Shown piece after piece: positions 1 to 12,200 of a stretch of DNA of 64,000 nt. Positions within the stretch are counted from its first letter, which is position 1. Every line of letters begins with the position of its first letter. The position numbers and the translations under genes are program-made. Where the stretch lies: positions 310,001 to 374,000 of the forward strand of contig OZ176051.1 of NCBI GenBank assembly GCA_964247055.1, in the 5' to 3' direction. The notes under the pieces were generated by a model, which worked only from the letters and a program-made list of their open reading frames with translations, was not told the origin of the DNA and ran no database searches. Source of the stretch: Paragordius varius. Lineage: Eukaryota; Animalia; Nematomorpha.

Positions 1-23
1 TTATACGATTTTAAAAATAAAAA

Positions 24-104
24 TGGCTACCTAAAATACAAATTTGATCAGGTGATGTCACCATAATTTTTTTTGGGTAGCCCTATGGTAGTTCCATCAT
101 CACC
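24..104. repeat. Two interleaved intra-monomer inverted repeats (representative copy): A 24-36 / A' 71-83 and B 51-57 / B' 98-104
   Basis: TGGCTACCTAAAA pairs with TTTTGGGTAGCCC at 11 of 13 positions. GGTGATG pairs perfectly with CATCACC. Confidence 0.85.
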
Positions 105-318
105 CCAAATATTTTCGAGATCGGAGTATAAATGTAATTTTTATGCATTTTTTAAATATTTATAAAATTGATTTTATACGATTTTAAAAATAAAAATGGC
201 TACCTAAAATACAAATTTGATCAGGTGATGTCACCATAATTTTTTTTGGGTAACCCTATGGTGGTTCCATCATCACCCCAAATATTTTTGAGATCGGACT
301 TTAAATGTAATTTTTATG

Positions 319-342
319 AATTTTTTAAATATTTAAAAAATT
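319..342. repeat. Perfect 24-bp palindrome AATTTTTTAAATATTTAAAAAATT (representative copy; present in most monomers)
   Basis: Read directly; the sequence equals its own reverse complement. It lies in the roughly 71-bp, 94% AT part of the monomer. Confidence 0.95.
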
Positions 343-879
343 TATTTTATACGATTTTAAAAATAAAAATGGATACCTAAAATCCAAATTTGATCAGGTG
401 ATGTCGCCATAATTTTTTTTGGGTAGCCCTATGGTAGTTCCATCATCACCCCAAATATTTTGGGGATCGGACTATAAATGTAATTTTTATGAATTTTATA
501 AATATTTAAAAAATTTATTTTATACGATTTTAAAAATAAAAATGGCTACCTAAAATCCAAATTTCATCAGGTGATGTCACCATAATTTTTTTTGGGTAGC
601 GCTATGGTAGTTCCATCATCACCCCAAATATTTTCGAGATCGGAGTATAAATGTTATTTTAATGAATTTTTTAAATATTTAAAAAATTTATTTTATACGA
701 TTTTAAAAATAAAAATGGCTACCTAAAATCCAAATTTGATCAGGTGATGTCGCCATAATTTTTTTGGGTAGCCCTATGGTAGTTCTATCATCCCCAAATA
801 TTTTTGAGATCGGACTTTAAATGTAATTTTTATGAATTTTTTAAATATTTAAAAAATTTATTTTATACGATTTTAAAAA

Positions 880-3800
880 TAAAAATGGCTACTTAAAATC
901 CAAATTTGATCAGGTGATGTCGCCATAATTTTTTTTGGGTAGCCCTATAGTAGTTCCATCATCACCCCAAATATTTTTGAGATCGGAGTATAAATGTAAT
1001 TTTTATGAATTTTTTAAATATTTAAAAAATTGATTTTATACGATTTTAAAAATAAAAATGGCTACCTAAAATCCATATTTGATCAGGTGATGTCGCCATA
1101 ATTTTTTTTGGGTAGCCCTATGGTAGTTCCATCATCACCCTAAATATTTTCGAGATCGGAGTATAAATGTAATTTTTATGCATTTTTTAAATATTTAAAA
1201 AATTTATTTTATACGATTTTAAAAATAAAAATGGCTACCTAAAATACAAATTTGATCAGGTGATGTCACCATAATTTTTTTTGGGTAACCCTATGGTGGT
1301 TCCATGATCACCCTAAATATTTTTGAGATCGGAGTATAAATGTAATTTTTATGAATTTATTTAAAAAATTTATTTTATACGATTTTAAAAATAAAAATGG
1401 ATACCTAAAATCCAAATTTGATCAGGTGATGTCGCCATAATTTTTTTTGGGTAGCCCTATGGTAGTTTCATCATCACCCCAAATATTGTCGAGATCGGAC
1501 TTTAAATGTAATTTTTATGAATTTTTTAAATATTTAAAAAATTTATTTTATACGATTTAAAAATAAAAATGGCTACTTAAAATCCAAATTTGATCAGGTG
1601 ATGTCGCCATAATTTTTTTTGGGTAGCCCTATAGTAGTTCCATCATCACCCCAAATATTTTTGAGATCGGAGTATAAATGTAATTTTTATGAATTTTTTA
1701 AATATTTAAAAAATTGATTTTATACGATTTTAAAAATAAAAATGGCTACCTAAAATCCATATTTGATCAGGTGATGTCGCCATAATTTTTTTTGGGTAGC
1801 CCTATGGTAGTTCCATCATCACCCTAAATATTTTGGGGATCGGAGTATAAATGTAATTTTTATGAATTTTTTAAATATTTAAAAAATTTATTTTATACGA
1901 TTTTAAAAATAAAAATGGCTACCTAAAATCCAAATTTGATCAGGTGATGTTGCCATAATTTTTTTTGGGAGCCCTATGGTAGTTCCATCATCACCCCAAA
2001 TATTTTGGGGATCGGAGTATAAATGTAATTTTTTTGAATTTTTGAAATATTAAAAAAATTTATTTTATACGATTTTAAAAATAAAAATGGCTACCTAAAA
2101 TCCAAATTTGATCAGGTGATGTCACCATAATTTTTTTTGGGTAGCGCTATGGTAGTTAGATCATCACCCCAAATATTTTCGAGATCGGAGTATAAATGTT
2201 ATTTTAATGAATTTTTTAAATATTTAAAAAATTTATTTTATACGATTTTAAAAATAAAAATGGCTACCTAAAATCCAAATCAGGTGATGTTGCCATAATT
2301 TTTTTTGGGAGCCCTATGGTAGTTCCATCATCACCCCAAATATTTTGGGGATCGGACTATAAATGTAATTTTTATGAATTTTTTAAATATTTAAAAAATT
2401 TATTTTATACGATTTTAAAAATAAAAATGGCTACCTAAAATCCTAATTTGATCAGGTGATGTCACCATAATTTTTTTTGGGTAGCCCTATGGTAGTTCCA
2501 TCATCACCCCAAATATTTTCGAGATCGGAGTATAAATGTAATTTTTATGAATTTTTTAAATATTTAAAAAATTTATTTTATACGATTTTAAAAATAAAAA
2601 TGGCTACCTAAAATCCAAATTTGATCAGGTGATGTCGCCATTATTTTTTTTGGGTAGCCCTATGGTAGTTTCATCATCACCCCAAATATTGTCGAGATCG
2701 GAGTATAAATGTAATTTTTTTGAATTTTTTAAATATTAAAAAAATTTATTTTATACGATTTTAAAAATAAAAATGGCTACCTAAAATCCAAATTTGATCA
2801 GGTGATGTCACCATAATTTTTTTTGGGTAGCGCTATGGTAGTTCCATCATCACCCCAAATATTTTCGAGATCGGAGTATAAATGTTATTTTAATGAATTT
2901 TTTAAATATTTAAAAAATTTATTTTATACGATTTTAAAAATAAAAATGGCTACCTAAAATCCAAATTTGATCAGGTGATGTCACCATAATTTTTTTTGGG
3001 AGCCCTATGGTAGTTCCATCATCACCCCAAAAATTTTGGGGATCGGAGTATAAATGTAATTTTTATGAATTTTTTAAATATTTAAAAAATTTATTTTATA
3101 CGATTTTAAAAATAAAAATGGCTACCTAAAATCCAAATTTGCTCAGGTGATGTCTCCATAATTTTTTTTGGGTAGCCCTATGGTAGTTCCATCATCACCC
3201 CAAATATTTTCGAGATCGGAGTATAAATGTAATTTTTATGAATTTTTTAAATATTTAAAAAATTTATTTTATACGATTTTAAAAATAAAAATGGCTACCT
3301 AAAATCCAAATTTGATCAGGTGATGTCACCATAATTTTTTTTGGGTAGCTCTATGGTAGTTTCATCATCACCCCAAATATTGTCGAGATCGGAGTATAAA
3401 TGTAATTTTTTTGAATTTTTTAAATATTAAAAAAATTTATTTTATACGATTTTAAAAATAAAAATGGCTACCTAAAATCCAAATTTGATCAGGTGATGTC
3501 GCCATAATTTTTTTTGGGCAGCCCTATGGTAGTTCCATCATCACCCCAAATATTTTCGAGATCGGAGTATAAATGTAATTTTTATGAATTTTTTAAATAT
3601 TTAAAAAATTTATTTAAAAATAAAAATGGCTACCTAAAATCCAAATTTGATCAGGTGATGTCGCCATAATTTTTTTTGGGCAGCCCTATGGTAATTCCAT
3701 CATCACCCCAAATATTTTGGGGATCGGACTATAAATGTAATTTTTATGAATTTTTTAAATATTTAAAAAATTTATTTTATACGATTTTAAAAATAAAAAT

Positions 3801-5100
3801 GGCTACCTAAAATCCAAATTTGATCAGGTGATGTCACCATAATTTTTTTTGGGTAGTTCCATGGTAGTTCCATCATAACCCCAAATATTTTTGAGATCGG
3901 ACTTTAAATGTAATTTTTATGAATTTTTTAAATATTTAAAAAATTTATTTTATACGATTTTAAAAATAAAAATGGCTACTTAAAATCCAAATTTGATCAG
4001 GTGATGTCGCCATAATTTTTTTTGGGTAGCCCTATAGTAGTTCCATCATCACCCCAAATATTTTTGAGATCGGAGTATAAATGTAATTTTTATGAATTTT
4101 TTAAATATTTAAAAAATTGATTTTATACGATTTTAAAAATAAAAATGGCTACCTAAAATCCATATTTGATCAGGTGATGTCGCCATAATTTTTTTTGGGT
4201 AGCCCTATGGTAGTTCCATCATCACCCTAAATATTTTCGAGATCGGAGTATAAATGTAATTTTTATGCATTTTTTAAATATTTAAAAAATTTATTTTATA
4301 CGATTTTAAAAATAAAAATGGCTACCTAAAATACAAATTTGATCAGGTGATGTCACCATAATTTTTTTTGGGTAACCCTATGGTGGTTCCATCATCACCC
4401 TAAATATTTTTGAGATCGGAGTATAAATGTAATTTTTATGAATTTTTTAAATATTTAAAAAATTTATTTTATACGATTTTAAAAATAAAAATGGATACCT
4501 AAAATCCAAATTTGATCAGGTGATGTCGCCATAATTTTTTTTGGGTAGCCCTATGGTAGTTTCATCATCACCCCAAATATTGTCGAGATCGGACTTTAAA
4601 TGTAATTTTTATGAATTTTTTAAATATTTAAAAAATTTATTTTATACGATTTAAAAATAAAAATGGCTACTTAAAATCCAAATTTGATCAGGTGATGTCG
4701 CCATAATTTTTTTTGGGTAGCCCTATAGTAGTTCCATCATCACCCCAAATATTTTTGAGATCGGAGTATAAATGTAATTTTTATGAATTTTTTAAATATT
4801 TAAAAAATTGATTTTATACGATTTTAAAAATAAAAATGGCTACCTAAAATATATATTTGATCAGGTGATGTCGCCATAATTTTTTTTGGGTAGCCCTATG
4901 GTAGTTCCATCATCACCCTAAATATTTTGGGGATCGGAGTATAAATGTAGATTTTATGAATTTTTTAAATATTTAAAAAATTTATTTTATACGATTTTAA
5001 AAATAAAAATGGCTACCTAAAATCCAAATTTGATCAGGTGATGTTGCCATAATTTTTTTTGGGAGCCCTATGGTAGTTCCATCATCACCCCAAATATTTT
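880..5100. repeat. Diverged 18-monomer-offset duplication (about 880-2000 vs about 3970-5100) containing an internal 4-mer repeat
   Basis: The CTACTT allele occurs at 891, 1575, 3978 and 4669. Offsets of 3087 and 3094 equal 18 monomers minus the counted indels; 684 and 691 equal 4 monomers. Neighbouring diagnostic alleles occur in the same order, with several differences. Confidence 0.7.
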
Positions 5101-6264
5101 GGGGATCGGACTATAAATGTAATTTTTATGAATTTTTTAAATATTTAAAAAATTTATTTTATACGATTTTAAAAATAAAAATGGCTACCTAAAATCCTAA
5201 TATGATCAGGTGATGTCACCATAATTTTTTTTGGGTAGCCCTATGGTAGTTCCATCATCACCCCAAATATTTTCGAGATCGGAGTATAAATGTAATTTTT
5301 ATGAATTTTTTAAATATTTAAAAAATTTATTTTATACGATTTTAAAAATAAAAATGGATACCTAAAATCCAAATTTGATCAGGTGATGTCGCCATAATTT
5401 TTTTTGGGTAGCCCTATGGTAGTTTCATCATCACCCCAAATATTGTCGAGATCGGAGTATAAATGTAATTTTTTTGAATTTTTTAAATATTAAAAAAATT
5501 TATTTTATACGATTTTAAAAATAAAAATGGCTACCTAAAATCCAAATTTGATCAGGTGATGTCACCATAATTTTTTTTGGGTAGCGCTATGGTAGTTCCA
5601 TCATCACCCCAAATATTTTCGAGATCGGAGTATAAATGTTATTTTAATGAATTTTTTAAATATTTAAAAAATTTATTTTATACGATTTTAAAAATAAAAA
5701 TGGCTACCTAAAATCCAAATCAGGTGATGTTGCCATAATTTTTTTTGGGAGCCCTATGGTAGTTCCATCATCACCCCAAATATTTTGGGGATCGGACTAT
5801 AAATGTAATTTTTATGAATTTTTTAAATATTTAAAAAATTTATTTTATACGATTTTAAAAATAAAAATGGCTACCTAAAATATTAATTTGATCAGGTGAT
5901 GTCACCATAATTTTTTTTGGGTAGCCCTATGGTAGTTCCATCATCACCCCAAATATTTTCGAGATCGGAGTATAAATGTAATTTTTATGAATTTTTTAAA
6001 TATTTAAAAAATTTATTTTATACGATTTTAAAAATAAAAATGGCTACCTAAAATCCAAATCAGGTGATGTTGCCATAATTTTTTTTGGGAGCCCTATGGT
6101 AGTTCCATCATCACCCCAAATATTTTGGGGATCGGACTATAAATGTAATTTTTATGAATTTTTTAAATATTTAAAAAATTTATTTTATACGATTTTAAAA
6201 ATAAAAATGGCTACCTAAAATCCTAATTTGATCAGGTGATGTCACCATAATTTTTTTTGGGTAG

Positions 6265-9200
6265 CCCTATGGTAGTTCCATCATCACCCCAAATATTTTC
6301 GAGATCGGAGTATAAATGTAATTTTTATGAATTTTTTAAATATTTAAAAAATTTATTTTATACGATAAAAATAAAAATGGCTACCTAAAATCCAAATTTG
6401 ATCAGGTGATGTCGCCATAATTTTTTTTGGGTAGCCCTATGGTAGTTTCATCATCACCCCAAATATTGTCGAGATCGGAGTATAAATGTAATTTTTTTGA
6501 ATTTTTTAAATATTAAAAAAATTTATTTTATACGATTTTAAAAATAAAAATGGCTACCTAAAATCCAAATTTGATCAGGTGATGTCACCATAATTTTTTT
6601 TGGGTAGCTCTATGGTAGTTTCATCATCACCCCAAATATTGTCGAGATCGGAGTATAAATGTAATTTTTTTGAATTTTTTAAATATTAAAAAAATTTATT
6701 TTATACGATTTTAAAAATAAAAATGGCTACCTAAAATCCAAATTTGATCAGGTGATGTCGCCATAATTTTTTTTGGGCAGCCCTATGGTAGATCCATCAT
6801 CACCCCAAATATTTTCGAGATCGGAGTATAAATGTAATTTTTATGAATTTTTTAAATATTTAAAAAATTTATTTAAAAATAAAAATGGCTACCTAAAATC
6901 CAAATTTGATCAGGTGATGTCGCCATAATTTTTTTTGGGCAGCCCTATGGTAATTCCATCATCACCCCAAATATTTTGGGGATCGGACTATAAATGTAAT
7001 TTTTATGAATTTTTTAAATATTTAAAAAATTTATTTTATACGATTTTAAAAATAAAAATGGCTACCTAAAATCCAAATTTGATCAGGTGATGTCACCATA
7101 ATTTTTTTTGGGTAGTTCCATGGTAGTTCCATCATAACCCCAAATATTTTTGAGATCGGACTTTAAATGTAATTTTCATTAATTTTTTAAATATTTAAAA
7201 AATTTATTTTATACAATTTTAAAAATAAAAATGGCTACCTAAAATCCAAATTTGATCAGGTGATGTTGCCATAATTTTTTTTGGGTAGCCATATAGTAAT
7301 TCCATCATCACCCCAAATATTTTTGAGATCGCACTATAATTGTAATTATTATGAATTTTTTAAATATTTAAAAAATTTATTTTATACGATTTTAAAAATA
7401 AAAATGGCTACCTAAAATACAAATTTGATCAGGTGATGTCACCATAATTTTTTTTGGGTAACCCTATGGTAGTTCCATCATCACCCCAAATATTTTTGAG
7501 ATCAGACTTTAAATGTAATTTTTATGAATTTTTCAAATATTTAAAAAATTTATTTTATACGATTTTAAAAATAAAAATGGCTACCTAAAATCCAAATTTG
7601 ATCAGGTGATGTCGCCATAATTTTTTTTGGGTAGCCCTATGGTGGTTCCATCATCACCCTAAATATTTTTGAGATCAGACTTTAAATGTAATTTTTATGA
7701 ATTTTTCAAATATTTAAAAAATTTATTTTATACGATTTTAAAAATAAAAATGGCTACCTAAAATCCAAATTTGATCAGGTGATGTCGCCATAATTTGTTT
7801 TGGGTAGCCCTATAGTAGTTCCATCATCACCCCAAATATTTTTGAGATCGGAGTATAAATGTAATTTTTATGAATTTTTTAAATATTTAAAAAATTTATT
7901 TTATACGATTTTAAAAATAAAAATGGCTACTTAAAATCCAAATTTGATCAGGTGATGTCGCCATAATTTTTTTTGGGTAGCCCTATAGTAGTTCCATCAT
8001 CACCCCAAATATTTTTGAGATCGGAGTATAAATGTAATTTTTATGAATTTTTTAAATATTTAAAAAATTGATTTTATACGATTTTAAAAATAAAAATGGC
8101 TACCTAAAATCCATATTTGATCAGGTGATGTCGCCATAATTTTTTTTTGGGTAGCCCTATGGTAGTTCCATCATCACCCTAAATATTTTTGAGATCGGAG
8201 TATAAATGTAATTTTTATGAATTTTATAAATATTTAAAAAATTTATTTTATACGATTTTAAAAATAAAAATGGCTACCTAAAATCCAAATTTGCTCAGGT
8301 GATGTCACCATAATTTTTTTTGGGTAGTTCTATGGTAGTTCCATCATCACCCTAAATATTTTTGAGATCGGAGTATAAATGTAATTTTTATGAATTTTTT
8401 AAATATTTAAAAAATTTATTTTATACGATTTTAAAAATAAAAATGGCTACCTAAAATCCAAATTTGATCAGGTGATGTCGCCATAATTTTTTTTGGGTAG
8501 CCCTATGGTAGTTTCATCATCACCCTTAATATTTTTGAGATCGGAGTATAAATGTAATTTTTATGAATTTTTTAAATATTTAAAAAATTTATTTTATACG
8601 ATTTTAAAAATAAAAATGGCTACCTAAAATCCAAATTTGATCAGGTGATGTCACCATAATTTTTTTTGGGTAGCTCTATGGTAGTTTCATCATCACCCCA
8701 AATATTGTCGAGATCGGAGTATAAATGTAATTTTTTTGAATTTTTTAAATATTAAAAAAATTTATTTTATACGATTTTAAAAATAAAAATGGCTACCTAA
8801 AATTCATATTTGATCAGGTGATGTCGCCATAATTTTATTTGGGTAGCCCTATGGTAGTTCCATCATCACCCTAAATATTTTGGGGATCGGAGTATAAATG
8901 TAATTTTTATGAATTTTTTAAATATTTAAAAAATTTATTTTATACGATTTTAAAAATAAAAATGGCTACCTAAAATCCAAATTTGATCAGGTGATGTTGC
9001 CATAATTTTTTTTGGGAGCCCTATGGTAGTTCCATCATCACCCCAAATATTTTGGGGATCGGACTATAAATGTAATTTTTATGAATTTTTTAAATATTTA
9101 AAAAATTTATTTTATACGATTTTAAAAATAAAAATGGCTACCTAAAATCCTAATTTGATCTGGTGATGTCACCATAATTTTTTTTGGGTAGCCCTATGGT

Positions 9201-12200
9201 AGTTCCATCATCACCCCAAATATTTTCGAGATCGGAGTATAAATGTAATTTTTATGAATTTTTTAAATATTTAAAAAATTTATTTTATACGATTTTAAAA
9301 ATAAAAATGGATACCTAAAATCCAAATTTGATCAGGTGATGTCGCCATAATTTTTTTTGGGTAGCCCTATGGTAGTTTCATCATCACCCCAAATATTGTC
9401 GAGATCGGAATATAAATGTAATTTTTTTGAATTTTTTAAATATTTAAAAAATTTATTTTATACGATTTTAAAAATAAAAATGGCTACCTAAAATCCAAAT
9501 TTGATCAGGTGATGTCGCCATAATTTTTTTTCGGTAGCCCTATGGTAGTTCCATCATCACCCCAAATATTTTTGAGATCGGAGTATAAATGTAATTTTTA
9601 TGAATTTTTTAAATATTTAAAAAATTTATTTTATACGATTTTAAAAATAAAAATGGCTACCTAAAATCCAAATTTGATCAGGTGATGTCACCATAATTTT
9701 TTTTGGGTAGCGCTATGGTAGTTCCATCATCACCCCAAATATTTTCGAGATCGGAGTATAAATGTTATTTTAATGAATTTTTTAAATATTTAAAAAATTT
9801 ATTTTATACGATTTTAAAAATAAAAATGGCTACCTAAAATCCAAATCAGGTGATGTTGCCATAATTTTTTTTGGGAGCCCTATGGTAGTTCCATCATCAC
9901 CCCAAATATTTTGGGGATCGGACTATAAATGTAATTTTTATGAATTTTTTAAATATTTAAAAAATTTATTTTATACGATTTTAAAAATAAAAATGGCTAC
10001 CTAAAATCCTAATTTGATCAGGTGATGTCACCATAATTTTTTTTGGGTAGCCCTATGGTAGTTCCATCATCACCCCAAATATTTTCGAGATCGGAGTATA
10101 AATGTAATTTTTATGAATTTTTTAAATATTTAAAAAATTTATTTTATACGATTTTAAAAATAAAAATGGCTACCTAAAATCCAAATCAGGTGATGTTGCC
10201 ATAATTTTTTTTGGGAGCCCTATGGTAGTTCCATCATCACCCCAAATATTTTGGGGATCGGACTATAAATGTAATTTTTATGAATTTTTTAAATATTTAA
10301 AAAATTTATTTTATACGATTTTAAAAATAAAAATGGCTACCTAAAATCCTAATTTGATCAGGTGATGTCACCATAATTTTTTTTGGGTAGCCCTATGGTA
10401 GTTCCATCATCACCCCAAATATTTTCGAGATCGGAGTATAAATGTAATTTTTATGAATTTTTTAAATATTTAAAAAATTTATTTTATACGATTTTAAAAA
10501 TAAAAATGGCTACCTAAAATCCAAATTTGATCAGGTGATGTCGCCATAATTTTTTTTGGGTAGCCGTATGGTAGTTTCATCATCACCCCAAATATTGTCG
10601 AGATCGGAGTATAAATGTAATTTTTTTGAATTTTTTAAATATTAAAAAAATTTATTTTATACGATTTTAAAAATAAAAATGGCTACCTAAAATCCAAATT
10701 TGATCAGGTGATGTCACCATAATTTTTTTTGGGTAGCGCTATGGTAGTTCCATCATCACCCCAAATATTTTCGAGATCGGAGTATAAATGTTATTTTAAT
10801 GAATTTTTTAAATATTTAAAAAATTTATTTTATACGATTTTAAAAATAAAAATGGCTACCTAAAATCCAAATTTGATCAGGTGATGTCACCATAATTTTT
10901 TTTGGGAGCCCTATGGTAGTTCCATCATCACCCCAAAAATTTTGGGGATCGGAGTATAAATGTAATTTTTATGAATTTTTTAAATATTTAAAAAATTTAT
11001 TTTATACGATTTTAAAAATAAAAATGGCTACCTAAAATCCAAATTTGCTCAGGTGATGTCTCCATAATTTTTTTTGGGTAGCCCTATGGTAGTTCCATCA
11101 TCACCCCAAATATTTTCGAGATCGGAGTATAAATGTAATTTTTATGAATTTTTTAAATATTTAAAAAATTTATTTTATACGATTTTAAAAATAAAAATGG
11201 CTACCTAAAATCCAAATTTGATCAGGTGATGTCACCATAATTTTTTTTGGGTAGCTCTATGGTAGTTTCATCATCACCCCAAATATTGTCGAGATCGGAG
11301 TATAAATGTAATTTTTTTGAATTTTTTAAATATTAAAAAAATTTATTTTATACGATTTTAAAAATAAAAATGGCTACGTAAAATCCAAATTTGATCAGGT
11401 GATGTCGCCATAATTTTTTTTGGGCAGCCCTATGGTAGTTCCATCATCACCCCAAATATTTTCGAGATCGGAGTATAAATGTAATTTTTATGAATTTTTT
11501 AAATATTAAAAAAATTTATTTAAAAATAAAAATGGCTACCTAAAATCCAAATTTGATCAGGTGATGTCACCATAATTTTTTTTGGGCAGCCCTATGGTAA
11601 TTCCATCATCACCCCAAATATTTTGGGGATCGGACTATAAATGTAATTTTTATGAATTTAAATATTTAAAAAATTTATTTTATACGATTTTAAAAATAAA
11701 AATGGCTACCTAAAATCCAAATTTGATCAGGTGATGTCACCATAATTTTTTTTGGGTAGTTCCATGGTAGTTCCATCATAACCCCAAATATTTTTAAGAT
11801 CGGACTTTAAATGTAATTTTCATTAATTTTTTAAATATTTAAAAAATTTATTTTATACAATTTTAAAAATAAAAATGGCTACCTAAAATCCAAATTTGCT
11901 CAGGTGATGTCACCATAATTTTTTTTGGGTAGCCATATAGTAATTCCATCATCACCCCAAATATTTTTGAGATCGCACTATAATTGTAATTATTATGAAT
12001 TTTTTAAATATTTAAAAAATTTATTTTATACGATTTTAAAAATAAAAATGGCTACCTAAAATACAAATTTGATCAGGTGATGTCACCATAATTTTTTTTG
12101 GGTAACCCTATGGTAGTTCCATCATCACCCCAAATATTTTCGAGATCGGAGTATAAATGTAATTTTTATGAATTTTTTAAATATTTAAAAAATTTATTTT

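Noticed and set aside
60-80. T7/T8/T9 homopolymer length variants as biological markers on their own
   Set aside because: Homopolymer length is error-prone in long-read assemblies. I used these variants only where they co-segregate with substitutions and fit the offset arithmetic.
24-104. MITE or transposon terminal inverted repeats
   Set aside because: The inverted repeats are short, internal and interleaved. No target-site duplications, element boundaries or transposase are present. An ancient TE origin of the monomer cannot be excluded.
45-122. GATC sites as bacterial Dam or replication-origin (iteron/DUE) signals
   Set aside because: Two GATC per monomer are simply part of the repeat. 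A 64-kb gene-free tandem array is not compatible with a prokaryotic origin region.
1-173. Primate alpha satellite (171 bp) or CENP-B box
   Set aside because: The period is 173, GC is only 26%, there is no match to the CENP-B box motif (YTTCGTTGGAARCGGGA), and I see no similarity to the alphoid consensus.
120-200. TATAAA and AATAAA motifs as promoter or polyadenylation signals
   Set aside because: These are expected by chance in a 94% AT segment, and there is no associated gene.
258-380. 40-codon ORF repeated in many monomers on the + strand (here MVVPSSPQIFLRSDFKCNFYEFFKYLKNLFYTILKIKMDT*)
   Set aside because: It is short and low-complexity. It is broken in many monomers by start loss (ATG>ATA), premature stops (e.g. 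monomer 1, CATTAA allele) and frameshifting 7-, 11- and 20-bp deletions. I recognise no domain, and an ORF this long is plausible by chance. Ribo-seq or proteomics would be needed to revive it.
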